Shown in pieces: positions 36,828-45,953 of a DNA stretch of 64,000 bases. A model generated the notes under the pieces. The model was given only the letters and a program-made list of their open reading frames with translations, was not told where the DNA came from and did not search any database. The first letter of the stretch is position 1. Each line of letters starts with the position of its first letter. A program made the position numbers and the translations under genes. The stretch lies in the sequence record NC_061447.1; one strand, 5' to 3'.

Positions 36828-38363
36828 ATGTCATTCGATCTTCGTCAAAACTTACTGCTTGTTCGTGACGCTGCCCTGACAGGCAAGCCGCTGTTTTATT
36901 TCTACAACGCCATGGGACGTGAGATGGTTCTTACTGGCGATGTGCTGCGTGAAATCATTGAGCGCCAGAAAGAAGGTACGCTCTGCACTAACACTTACTG
37001 GGGTTTCGCTACTGACCCTACGCTGGAAGTTTGGTCGTTCGACGATAACAATGACCTAATGCTTCACCATCACGTAGGTAGGTCCTGCAAAACGTTCCTG
37101 CCGTATGAGATGCTTGAGAGTGCGCACGAAGGCTTCAAGCCAATCAATGGTCTGTTCATTGAAGACAGTCTGCGCCGCATAATCAAGATTCATCTCAAGG
37201 CAACCTGTCGTGAAGAACAAAAGATCACTTGGTTCGCTGATCTGCCAGAGCCTGAAATGCGTAGCATGTTACTGTCGTTTGGTGTAGGCCCAATGCGCGT
37301 GTCGCGTGAAGATAAAGAAGGTCTGATCAAACTACATGATCGCTGGCTCGAAGACTTCGACGATAAATACAAGTACACGCATAACGCAATCGGCTTGGAC
37401 GACAACGAAAAAATTCCTGCTGACTATCGCCCTGACCGCATTCGTGATCTTACGAAGCGTATGATGGCTAACGGTAAGACGCAGGATATGATGGACCAAA
37501 CTCTGAATGACTTGTTGCGTCAGTGCCGTATTCGCGGCGATATCCCGCATCCTGGTCGTAACTTCAATCGTTATCAATTGACTTGCTACTATGCAACGCA
37601 TTTGATCTTTGCGCACGACGCGAAAGATAAAATGGCTGAACTGATTGATAATCCGCAATTCGTGGTCAACTTTATTTATGGTTGGTACCCGGACTATACG
37701 TGGATTACGATCAACGAAGAAACGTTTGAGTACCAGCAATCGTTGGTACGTGCCGCGCTGATTAGCTTGCAGCGTCATGTACAAAATGAAGTTGGCGTAT
37801 ACAAGATCGATCGTGGCATGGTTACGTGTGCAGATAACTTCGACCCACATGCAGACGAAGAATCAGAAGATGGTGATGTTGATCTGGATAAACTGGACAG
37901 AGAAGGTCTGTTAGATCTGGTCATCCAGTATAAGCTGGCCTCAGCCAAGAAAGCCGCATCACTTGATATCTCTGAGTTACGTGAGCTTTGTGAAGATCAT
38001 TTCGGGTATGATGAAGTTGAGGAGGACGAGCCGGAACAGGAGCGTGAGCCTCGTAAATTCCCAGCAGTCAGTGATGACCGCAATATCAGCTACGAAACGA
38101 TTCGTAAGACTCTGATGAAAGCTAAAGTTCCTCGCGCTACATATGCTGGGGACCTGTACTCAAACAAGAAAACCGTCGTGCGTGATGTGCGTAAAAGCAT
38201 AATAAGTGCTCTGACAAATGCAGTCGAAGCTGGTCTGCTGGATAAACTGCCTCAAATTTCATTGGAGGCTATCGCTTACGCTCTGACAAAAATGAAAGAT
38301 GGTGATCGCTATCCTCGTGATGCAGAATACCTGAAAGAACTAATTAAACACGCACTGCGTTAA
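36828..38363 (+). CDS. Hypothetical protein carrying one copy of the repeated HeH-like module
   Basis: DLDKLDREGLLDLVIQYKLASAKKAASLDISELRELCEDHFG at about 37881-38007. Confidence 0.85.
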   Translation: MSFDLRQNLLLVRDAALTGKPLFYFYNAMGREMVLTGDVLREIIERQKEGTLCTNTYWGFATDPTLEVWSFDDNNDLMLHHHVGRSCKTFLPYEMLESAHEGFKPINGLFIEDSLRRIIKIHLKATCREEQKITWFADLPEPEMRSMLLSFGVGPMRVSREDKEGLIKLHDRWLEDFDDKYKYTHNAIGLDDNEKIPADYRPDRIRDLTKRMMANGKTQDMMDQTLNDLLRQCRIRGDIPHPGRNFNRYQLTCYYATHLIFAHDAKDKMAELIDNPQFVVNFIYGWYPDYTWITINEETFEYQQSLVRAALISLQRHVQNEVGVYKIDRGMVTCADNFDPHADEESEDGDVDLDKLDREGLLDLVIQYKLASAKKAASLDISELRELCEDHFGYDEVEEDEPEQEREPRKFPAVSDDRNISYETIRKTLMKAKVPRATYAGDLYSNKKTVVRDVRKSIISALTNAVEAGLLDKLPQISLEAIAYALTKMKDGDRYPRDAEYLKELIKHALR

Positions 38364-38398
38364 TTGTCCAACCATACCTAACATTGTAGGGAACAAAA

Positions 38399-38833
38399 AT
38401 GAAATTCGAACAAAACATTCTGGTAGTAAATCGTATTCAACTGGCTATGAACGACGAGCTGGTCAAGAAGCTGACTGATGCTGCGCGTGATGATCGTGGC
38501 GCATCGGCTATGTCACTGGCTTATGCGACCGCAATCGTTATGGCTAAACTTCAACATAAGATTACCTTCGCTTTGGCTGAGGAGAATCCTGAGGCCTGTG
38601 TTCGTGCTGAACTACTCTGGACTGATCATGGCTCAGTCACCACAAGTGCGCTATTCCTCATAGCGTCCGCAGCCGACGAAGAAGTATTAAACCACGTCGA
38701 AGACCACGACTACCTGAACCATCTGCACACAATCAAACGTGTAGCAGAGGAGAACGGATTTAACCTCCATGTCTTCCCCGTGGCTGCTAACTTCCCGTTC
38801 AAGCGTACTGAAATCCCGGCTAATATGCAGTGA
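38399..38833 (+). CDS. Hypothetical protein
   Basis: AGGGA RBS. Confidence 0.75.
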   Translation: MKFEQNILVVNRIQLAMNDELVKKLTDAARDDRGASAMSLAYATAIVMAKLQHKITFALAEENPEACVRAELLWTDHGSVTTSALFLIASAADEEVLNHVEDHDYLNHLHTIKRVAEENGFNLHVFPVAANFPFKRTEIPANMQ

Positions 38834-38841
38834 GGTGATCT

Positions 38842-39141
38842 ATGACTGATAAACTGACATTGGTACCGAATGTCGCTATCGTCCTGAAGATGAACGAACG
38901 CCGCGCATTCTTAGGGCCGAAAGAAGATGGGTTTGTCTATCTGGCAAGCAAGGAAGCACTCGATAAATTCGAGGCGCATATCCTGCGCTACCGCAGCCGC
39001 GAAGAATACTCTGAGATAGAGGAACGTGAATTACGCGCTCTGACAGACGAGGGTGTTCTGGCTCTGAGTCATGAAGTCAAAACAGACCCAGACAGACCGT
39101 GGCTGTGGACAAAGACAGACTTCCGCAAGAAGCTCTGGTAA
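38842..39141 (+). CDS. Hypothetical protein
   Basis: GAGG RBS. Confidence 0.7.
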   Translation: MTDKLTLVPNVAIVLKMNERRAFLGPKEDGFVYLASKEALDKFEAHILRYRSREEYSEIEERELRALTDEGVLALSHEVKTDPDRPWLWTKTDFRKKLW

Positions 39142-39194
39142 GCATAAAACTGGACAAAACAGCGGTAGTATCTGAAAGCGTCCTATGATACAAT
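39142..39194 (+). promoter_or_regulatory. Class A promoter
   Basis: GCATAAAACTGGACAAAAC ... TGA-TACAAT at 39189, spacer 32. Confidence 0.85.
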
Positions 39195-39247
39195 AGAAGC
39201 GTAGCTTGTGCTGCGCTTTTATAACATATGTCTGAGGAGACAACGAA

Positions 39248-39712
39248 ATGATGAACGAAACTCAAGCAACCCCATCTGATATCGAATTGCAGGACCGCAT
39301 GATGGACGCCGCTGTCCAGAAAGTTATTGAACTGACCCCTGAGTGGATTGACGTGGCAGCCGCAGGCCTTCGCCTGTACCTGACCGTGTGTGACCAGCTT
39401 GGTGGTCCGATTCCTGAAATGCGTTTCGTACACAACAACCGTCCATGCAAACTCCAGTTCAATTTGAACGAAGTTGCCGAAGGTTCTGAGTTTGTTGCGA
39501 ACGATATCGATCATGCCAAGCAGATGGAAATCTGTGAGGCGATTCTCGCTACAGCCGAAGCGAACGAAGATGGTCACTCGCTAATGGACCTTGCGATTTG
39601 TTCTGGCCGCCTGTTTATGATCGGCTACGATGGTCTTGCTGGCACGGTTAGCAAAGTTTGCTTCCGCTTCGCCAAAAAGAACTACGTCATGAATCTGGTT
39701 GAGGCTAAATAA
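39248..39712 (+). CDS. Hypothetical protein
   Basis: GAGGAG RBS. Confidence 0.8.
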   Translation: MMNETQATPSDIELQDRMMDAAVQKVIELTPEWIDVAAAGLRLYLTVCDQLGGPIPEMRFVHNNRPCKLQFNLNEVAEGSEFVANDIDHAKQMEICEAILATAEANEDGHSLMDLAICSGRLFMIGYDGLAGTVSKVCFRFAKKNYVMNLVEAK

Positions 39713-39713
39713 C

Positions 39714-40409
39714 ATGAAACTCTCACCGTTTATGTTGAAACGCAGTAAGCTGGCTCCTGAAGTATTTGCACTCGTTCGTGAAAACGAAGTGCTCGCCTCA
39801 TTCAGACCTAGAAAGTTTCTGGAAGCTCTCCAGGCAGTTGTTAAAGAGCACGGTCTGAAAGAAGTCGATGTTGTATGGCGTGACGGCTCCCGTACCGTAG
39901 AGCACTTAGTTGTCTCGCTCACCCGTGAGCTGGTATCAACTGATACTATCATGAACCGATACAACATGTGCCTGATGCTTCGCTCGCAGGGTATTGCGGC
40001 CAGTCTTGCCGTACCTGTCGATATTCGCACGATGTATGATGAACACGGTCCGATGATCAGTGAGATTCACATTGACCCTGAAATCGCAGACAAGCTGGCT
40101 GTGGCCCTCGCACCAAAACATCCCCTGTATGCGGATGCTCATAACGGGTATGAGGAGGATGATGACGCCATCGACGACGAGGACGACTTTAACGACGATG
40201 AATGTATCGACGATGAAGAAGACTTCGACATGGAAGATGCTAACCCTGAAATCGAGCGTATGATGATTTGCAGTTGGGGATATCGCGCCGAAGACTGGGC
40301 AATCACTCTGAACGATGATCAGGTTCAGGAAGTACACAGCCTTGAGGTTGGTGTTGACCCTGACATTGAACTGCCACTCGCACCTGATGCGAAGGACAAA
40401 TACTTCTAA
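39714..40409 (+). CDS. Hypothetical protein with an acidic tract
   Basis: GAGG RBS before ATG 39714. Confidence 0.8.
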   Translation: MKLSPFMLKRSKLAPEVFALVRENEVLASFRPRKFLEALQAVVKEHGLKEVDVVWRDGSRTVEHLVVSLTRELVSTDTIMNRYNMCLMLRSQGIAASLAVPVDIRTMYDEHGPMISEIHIDPEIADKLAVALAPKHPLYADAHNGYEEDDDAIDDEDDFNDDECIDDEEDFDMEDANPEIERMMICSWGYRAEDWAITLNDDQVQEVHSLEVGVDPDIELPLAPDAKDKYF

Positions 40410-40600
40410 TGAAAACCACTAACGAAATGATCAAAGAGTTGCGACAACGCGGCGAGCTTGTTATTGAAGAACGCCAGAAAGACGCAGTGCCCGACTTAAC
40501 GTTCACGCTTGATTGTCTGTGTCTCACATACAAGAAGCGGGAAGTGGAAACAACCAAGCGCGGCCGCGTTATCACAATCAAGTTGACGAACATGCACTAA
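40409..40600 (+). CDS. Small hypothetical protein
   Basis: TAATG overlap. Confidence 0.65.
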   Translation: MKTTNEMIKELRQRGELVIEERQKDAVPDLTFTLDCLCLTYKKREVETTKRGRVITIKLTNMH

Positions 40601-40741
40601 CAATCAGTTTGGCTCGCCCGTCCAGAAATGCTCACCCCCAATGAGGCGCCCCATCGCAGAGGCGTGACGACGCGGGTCCTTTTTGAAGCGTACTGAGTAG
40701 TGCGCTGCATAAAGTACCTAAAACCAAACAGGAGGCTGTTA

Positions 40742-41155
40742 ATGAAGTTCAACGAAGCAAGTAAAGATGCACAGGTCATTCTCATGGGTGGTGCACTCGC
40801 TGGTGTGATTGAAGTCTTCGGACGCGACGAAGAAGACGAAGGCAAAAAGCTGATCGAAACGGCATTAAGCCAGATAGGTCTGACGTTCGACGAGTTCTGT
40901 GTGCTGATGACAGATATGGCGCCTGAGGTAGAAGTTGAGGTCGAAGCGATTCTCGGTGAGCATAAAGCTGTACGTGTTGCTGATGCAGACGATGACTTCG
41001 ATGATGAAGACCTCGACACTGCGGAAGAACGACCAGGCAATCTCAACGATGACGGCCGTACCGATGAAAACGGTTGGCAGAACCTCGACGAAGGTGAAGA
41101 TGAAGTCTGCTTCTCCTGCCATAAAGAGCATTGCGAATGCAATCGTGTGGGGTAA
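40742..41155 (+). CDS. Acidic hypothetical protein with a C-terminal CxxC..CxC
   Basis: AGGAGG RBS. Confidence 0.75.
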   Translation: MKFNEASKDAQVILMGGALAGVIEVFGRDEEDEGKKLIETALSQIGLTFDEFCVLMTDMAPEVEVEVEAILGEHKAVRVADADDDFDDEDLDTAEERPGNLNDDGRTDENGWQNLDEGEDEVCFSCHKEHCECNRVG

Positions 41156-41159
41156 TCAA

Positions 41160-41375
41160 ATGAGCCGACGTCCTACACAAGATGAAGTGAGCGGCCAGAT
41201 AGCTGCCGCCGAAGAACAACGCTATAATGAGCAAATCGCTCAGTACGACGACTGGACAGACGACGAGCTGGCCGACGCTGTAGAAGCTAACGAGCTTGTG
41301 GACGAAGATGACGACGCAAGCAACTACAGCCGCGAAGCGCTGATTCGAATGCTTCTGGCAGATCGTCGCTTCTAA
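41160..41375 (+). CDS. Small acidic protein with an HeH-like module
   Basis: YDDWTDDELADAVEANEL...YSREALIRMLLADR. Confidence 0.7.
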   Translation: MSRRPTQDEVSGQIAAAEEQRYNEQIAQYDDWTDDELADAVEANELVDEDDDASNYSREALIRMLLADRRF

Positions 41376-41428
41376 GCATAAATCTGGACAAAATGAGGAT
41401 TGTCTCAAAACAGCGTCCGTGATACAAT
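41376..41428 (+). promoter_or_regulatory. Class A promoter
   Basis: GCATAAATCTGGACAAAAT ... TGA-TACAAT at 41423, spacer 32. Confidence 0.85.
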
Positions 41429-41430
41429 AT

Positions 41431-41620
41431 AGAGACAGCGAGACATGTTCTCTCTGTGATGTGCCTATAACGTCTTGACCGTGTGTTTATTTTTTCCCGG
41501 GCACACGGTCCTTTTTAAAGCTGCTTCCTGTGAGGCTGTTTTAAAAAGGGTTCGATACCCTTTGAGCGCGTCGGGCTTTACGCGGTTTCCGCCTGCCGTG
41601 CTCTCATGCTAAACCGCAAA
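41431..41620 (+). ncRNA. Structured RNA or 5' leader with a T-arm mimic and an H-type pseudoknot
   Basis: 9-bp stem 41477-85/41502-10; 10-bp stem 41510-19/41540-49; AAAGGG-TTCGATA-CCCTTT; stem 41564-76/41591-603 whose loop GCGGTTT pairs with AAACCGC at 41611-17. Confidence 0.55.
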
Positions 41621-41630
41621 GGAAATAGAT

Positions 41631-42461
41631 ATGCCTAATACTTCACGCCCTAAGACAGAAGACAAATTCTCCCGCGCTCGCGCCGCTAAGAACTCGCCAA
41701 AGCGCGTTAAAGGCAAAAAGCCTAGCGAGCGTCCTGAGAACGAAGGTGAGAAGAAACGCCCAACACCACGCGGGCCGTCTTCCGCTAAACCACGTCAACT
41801 GCCTCCTGGCTACGGTTACAAATCGAAAGCTACGGGCGAACGTCTCCCGGACACGCAGACGAAAATTCGTGACGAGGAACGCGTGTTCAATCTGGTTCAC
41901 GCAATCTTATCAGCATGGAAGGTTACGACTGACGCGGAAGCGGTTGCTACGGGTATCATCAAAGTGTCTCGTCGTAAGATTGAAGGCGCCTTGCGTGACC
42001 TCAAGAATACGCGCTTCACTAAAATCCCGTCGCTGGTTAACGATATTCTGACCGATATGGACCTCTACAAAGAGTTCGGTCAGTGGGTGTATGTCGAACA
42101 CGATTCTCCTGATTGGATTTTCGTTCGACTGCCTGAAAACAGTACGCAAGTGATTCGTGCTGATATCAGTTCTGATCGTATTGGCGAAACGTCTGCTGCC
42201 GTGACAACCAGAACAGAAGTTCTGCTTGACGGTGCGCACCTCGAAGAAGATGAAGAGGAGATTCCTGAGAACGTCGAGTATGGCGACGAAGAAGAAGAAT
42301 CTGACGAAGAAGAAGAATCTGACGAAGAAGAAGATGATAACGCCGCTGCTGTTGCTAAGATGCGCAAGTATCTGGTAGCTGCGCAAATCATCAAGCCAGA
42401 AGCTGCCGTCAAGCTGTCTGACAATGACGTAGTGAGGTTGTATAGCTACTACCGAGCGTAA
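41631..42461 (+). CDS. Protein with a basic disordered N-terminus, an acidic tract and a C-terminal HeH-like module
   Basis: Lys/Arg/Pro-rich N-terminus; EEEESDEEEESDEEED; MRKYLVAAQIIKPEAAVKLSDNDVVRLY. Confidence 0.85.
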   Translation: MPNTSRPKTEDKFSRARAAKNSPKRVKGKKPSERPENEGEKKRPTPRGPSSAKPRQLPPGYGYKSKATGERLPDTQTKIRDEERVFNLVHAILSAWKVTTDAEAVATGIIKVSRRKIEGALRDLKNTRFTKIPSLVNDILTDMDLYKEFGQWVYVEHDSPDWIFVRLPENSTQVIRADISSDRIGETSAAVTTRTEVLLDGAHLEEDEEEIPENVEYGDEEEESDEEEESDEEEDDNAAAVAKMRKYLVAAQIIKPEAAVKLSDNDVVRLYSYYRA

Positions 42462-42472
42462 GCACTAACGAG

Positions 42473-42499
42473 CGGGGCAGTGAAATATAGCTGCCCTGC
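42473..42499 (+). terminator. Stem-loop (terminator-like)
   Basis: GCGGGGCAG-TGAAATATAG-CTGCCCTGC; no clear U-tract. Confidence 0.5.
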
Positions 42500-42513
42500 T
42501 ATCTGCGAAGTAT

Positions 42514-42567
42514 GCAGAAAACTGGACAAAATCGTGGTTGTTATCTGCCGGCCACCTATGCTATAAT
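42514..42567 (+). promoter_or_regulatory. Class A promoter
   Basis: GCAGAAAACTGGACAAAAT ... TGC-TATAAT at 42562, spacer 33. Confidence 0.85.
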
Positions 42568-42623
42568 AGATTCAGACGCAATAGTGCGTCACACACAAAA
42601 ACATATACTGAGGAGTATTAATC

Positions 42624-44255
42624 ATGGCACGTATCGAAACTAACACTAACCTGGTTGGCAAAACTATCGTCCTGCTGAACGGCACCAAATCTAAAATCGA
42701 AGATGCAATCGCGTCTGGTTATAAAGTGAAGGGCCTGACCAAGCGCATCGCCACCCGCTGCATCATCAAAGAAGGCTCTCACTTCCGCGAAATCGAACGC
42801 ATGAACATGAGCCAGCTGGAAGATACAGGCGAAGGTTATGTTAAGCTGAAAGATGCGAAAGCGTCTGGCAAGAAAACTGCCAAGAAAGAAACTGCCGCGC
42901 CGAAAGCGTCTGGCAAGAAAGCTGGCTCTAAGAAAACTTCTGGCAAGAAAGACGCCAAGCCGACGAAAGACAAAGAGCCTAAAGTTCGTCGTAAATCTTC
43001 CGAAGAGCAATCCGAAGATTACCAGAATCTGGCTCACGCTATCATCAAAGGCGGCAAAGCCAAGCCTGCTGTTGAGATCGAAGCTGTAGACGAGTCGCTG
43101 ACTGATGCAGTTGCTCAACGTCTGGCCCATTACGTGCTTAACTCTGACGTTGCAAAAGTGTGCGCTGATAACAAAACGCCGATCGCTAACGCACTGGACG
43201 TTACTTACGGTGCTGAGTATGCGCCTGAAGGTAACGTGCTCCAGATTACGCTGAATCTGCAATACGCTGCGCCTGTGAAAACTGTTGCTGCTGCGCCTGA
43301 GCTGGACGAAGCTGTGGCGAAACGTGCTGCCAAGCTCGCTGCTAAGAAGATTGGCAAAGTGCTGGCGAAAGCAATCAAAGCGGCCTTCGACCTTGAAGAC
43401 GCGAACGACCTGCTGCCTGGTACCGTGTTGACCAGCGAAGGTACTGAGTTCGTGTTCGTCGGTGAGTCTGCGAAACATGCAGGCAAAGCGCTGATGTATA
43501 GCGCCGACACTGACGGCTTCAAATCATTCGGTGCCGACAAACTGGCCGACTTCGAAATCGTCGCTGATGAAAGCGAAGAAGAGGAAGAAGATGAAATTGA
43601 AGATGAAGATGAAATCGAGGAGGAAGAAGAAGAGGAAGAATCCTCCGAAGACGAAGAAGACGGTGAAGAAGACGATGGCGAAGAAGAAGACGGCGAACCG
43701 CAAGATGCCGAATACGAGTTCGTCGCAGTCGATGCTGATCAACTCGAACTGGTCAACAAGAAAGTAACCGCCAAGTATCACGCTTCACTGGCTGAACGCT
43801 TCGGTGTTGACGAAGAAGCTCTGGCCCCAGGCCTGATGTTAACTGACGGCGAAACTACTTTCGCTTACCTCGGCTGCGATAGCAAAGGCGGTCTGCTGGT
43901 TATCGACCTGTCTGATGATGCAGACGAAGATGATAACGTGCTGGTGTATAGCAAAGCCGATATCAAAACTCTGACCGACTTTAGCCCTGTGATCGATAGC
44001 GGTGAAGCTGACGATTCAGAAGAAGAAGACGGTGAAGAAGAAGACGGTGAAGAAAACGACTTCGAAGATGAAGAAGATGGCGAAGAGGAAGACGGCGAAG
44101 AAGAAGACGACTTCGAGTTTAACGACCTGCCGTCCGAAGATCTGGAAGACCTGTCCGAAGACGAACTGCGTGACCGCGTTGTTGAAGCCGGCCTGACCAC
44201 TGTGCGTAAAGCTGAGAACATGAAAGCCGCACAACTGCGCAAGCTGCTGAAATAA
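42624..44255 (+). CDS. Multidomain protein with long acidic tracts, a duplicated beta domain and a C-terminal HeH-like module
   Basis: 543 aa; internal repeat LLPGTVLT..G.EF.F.G / LAPGLMLT.G.T.FAYLG; SEDELRDRVVEAGLTTVRKAENMKAAQLRKLL. Confidence 0.9.
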   Translation: MARIETNTNLVGKTIVLLNGTKSKIEDAIASGYKVKGLTKRIATRCIIKEGSHFREIERMNMSQLEDTGEGYVKLKDAKASGKKTAKKETAAPKASGKKAGSKKTSGKKDAKPTKDKEPKVRRKSSEEQSEDYQNLAHAIIKGGKAKPAVEIEAVDESLTDAVAQRLAHYVLNSDVAKVCADNKTPIANALDVTYGAEYAPEGNVLQITLNLQYAAPVKTVAAAPELDEAVAKRAAKLAAKKIGKVLAKAIKAAFDLEDANDLLPGTVLTSEGTEFVFVGESAKHAGKALMYSADTDGFKSFGADKLADFEIVADESEEEEEDEIEDEDEIEEEEEEEESSEDEEDGEEDDGEEEDGEPQDAEYEFVAVDADQLELVNKKVTAKYHASLAERFGVDEEALAPGLMLTDGETTFAYLGCDSKGGLLVIDLSDDADEDDNVLVYSKADIKTLTDFSPVIDSGEADDSEEEDGEEEDGEENDFEDEEDGEEEDGEEEDDFEFNDLPSEDLEDLSEDELRDRVVEAGLTTVRKAENMKAAQLRKLLK

Positions 44256-44286
44256 GATCGACCTGTAATACGAAAACTTGAAGTAA

Positions 44287-44311
44287 GATGCGGTTCAGAC
44301 AGAGCCGCATC
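44287..44311 (+). terminator. Stem-loop between the paralogous genes
   Basis: GATGCGG-TTCAGACAGAG-CCGCATC. Confidence 0.5.
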
Positions 44312-44343
44312 TCTGACAACTAAGCTGATTGAGGAATCACACT

Positions 44344-45576
44344 ATGTCAAACGCAAATGCAAACCTGTTGAATGCCCGTGTACGTCGTCTGGACGGCACC
44401 ACCACTTTCATCAACAAAGTAAACGCTAACGGTTATAGCACCGACGCGAAAGGTCCGCAGATTCCGGTGAAGCGTATCGTGCTTGCTGGTAAAACTCTGA
44501 AAGAGATCGAACAGCCGTATGCGAAAGCCGAGCACGTTCTGATTGACGGCATCACCGTTAAGCTGAACAAGCCCCAGCAGAAAGATCTGCGCAACGACGA
44601 AATCGACGTTGACACTATCAAGCCTGACTTCGGCAATTTGGTCTACATCGACCCTGAGACAGGCAAGCCTGCTGTGAAAACTGCGAAAGTGAAAGGCGGC
44701 GTGAAAGCTACCCGCGAACGTAACAAAGACAAGCGCACCAAGAAAGAGCGTAAAGCAGAAGTCGCCGCGTCGAAAGACGAAATCGACATGCTGCCGTCTG
44801 CTAAAGTTGATCGTAAAGCTGAACTGGCTGGCATCATCGACGCAACCATCGCCGACGCGAATACGAAAGACCGTCGCAAGATGTTGAGCGAAGCGTTTGA
44901 CATGGACTGGAAAGATGTGAAGAAACACGGCGGTGCTGGTGTTATCAAACACATGGGCCGCAAAGCTGCACAGACCGCAGTGAATCGCCTGAACGCCAGC
45001 GTAACGCAAGACACGTTCATCAAGCAGATGCCTGTCGCGTTGAAACGTCTGATTCAAGACGGCGCCCTGACGTTGAATCGTTCGCAGATTGAGCGCGTAC
45101 TTAGTGCGCTTGACCTCGACGTGAAATTCTACGATGTTGCCATTCAAACTCTGATGGGCAACCTCAAGCTGTCTCTCGATAAGTCCATCGAGAACCCGAA
45201 AGTGAAATCAAAGAAGGCAAAGCATAAACTTGCCGTGCCTACATACGCTTCGGAAAAAGAAATCACCAAGCGTATTCGCAAGATGACGATCAAGCTCATT
45301 AAGCCAAGCAAGAAAGATATGCCAGCGCTGAAAGAGCACTCGAAAGCATCGAAAGCGGTTATCGCTAAAAAGCTGGGTATCAAATCTTCTGACGTGAAGC
45401 GCGGCCTGATCGTCTACAAGCCGAATGGCGTTGAGTTGATGTTCCTGACTTGCGATATGACGGGTCCTGTCTTCATCGACAAAGACGGTGCTGAATGTGT
45501 GATGGCCCATGCTAATGTTGACAGCACGTTCAACCTGACCCTGGGCAAAACCTCTGAACTGGATGCCAGCGTATGA
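44344..45576 (+). CDS. Lys-rich protein, paralogous to 42624..44255
   Basis: GAGGA RBS; shares N-terminal (GY....I..K.I...G...EIE) and C-terminal beta domains with the upstream acidic protein. Confidence 0.85.
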   Translation: MSNANANLLNARVRRLDGTTTFINKVNANGYSTDAKGPQIPVKRIVLAGKTLKEIEQPYAKAEHVLIDGITVKLNKPQQKDLRNDEIDVDTIKPDFGNLVYIDPETGKPAVKTAKVKGGVKATRERNKDKRTKKERKAEVAASKDEIDMLPSAKVDRKAELAGIIDATIADANTKDRRKMLSEAFDMDWKDVKKHGGAGVIKHMGRKAAQTAVNRLNASVTQDTFIKQMPVALKRLIQDGALTLNRSQIERVLSALDLDVKFYDVAIQTLMGNLKLSLDKSIENPKVKSKKAKHKLAVPTYASEKEITKRIRKMTIKLIKPSKKDMPALKEHSKASKAVIAKKLGIKSSDVKRGLIVYKPNGVELMFLTCDMTGPVFIDKDGAECVMAHANVDSTFNLTLGKTSELDASV

Positions 45577-45953
45577 CAAACAACGAAATCGTTTTGTCTG
45601 GTGTATTCGCTCAAATCTATTCGCGGCTGACAACGGCCGCGATACTCAAAACCTACGTGTACTACTCTGACCTGTCACCTGCGGTGTTTGGTCTCCAGCT
45701 TAACGTGAGCACGGCACAGTATCACGCGCTGTGGGAATTTGTAGTGAAGACCATGCGTCTTGATATTGCTAACGGCCGCCCACCGTTAGCTGCTCTTTAT
45801 GTGTCGCGGGCAAACGACGAGAAGGCTCCTGCGAAGAAGTTCTTCTCTGAATACTACAAGCTCACTGGGAAGCGCCTGACACTTGATGAATGGCAAGCAC
45901 TCGTTGAACATGTGTGGAAATCATATGAGCCAGATCTTCGGGAGCCATCATGA
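45573..45953 (+). CDS. Hypothetical protein
   Basis: ATGA overlap. Confidence 0.75.
   Translation: MTNNEIVLSGVFAQIYSRLTTAAILKTYVYYSDLSPAVFGLQLNVSTAQYHALWEFVVKTMRLDIANGRPPLAALYVSRANDEKAPAKKFFSEYYKLTGKRLTLDEWQALVEHVWKSYEPDLREPS

Noticed and set aside
41483-41573. Possible tRNA gene around GGGTTCGATACCC
   Set aside because: Only the T-arm is canonical. The best acceptor stem needs three G-U pairs, there is no D-arm or anticodon arm pattern and no CCA. Kept as a T-arm mimic within a structured RNA.
42286-42330. 18-nt tandem repeat GAAGAAGAATCTGACGAA
   Set aside because: In-frame EEESDE duplication inside an acidic tract; ordinary slippage.
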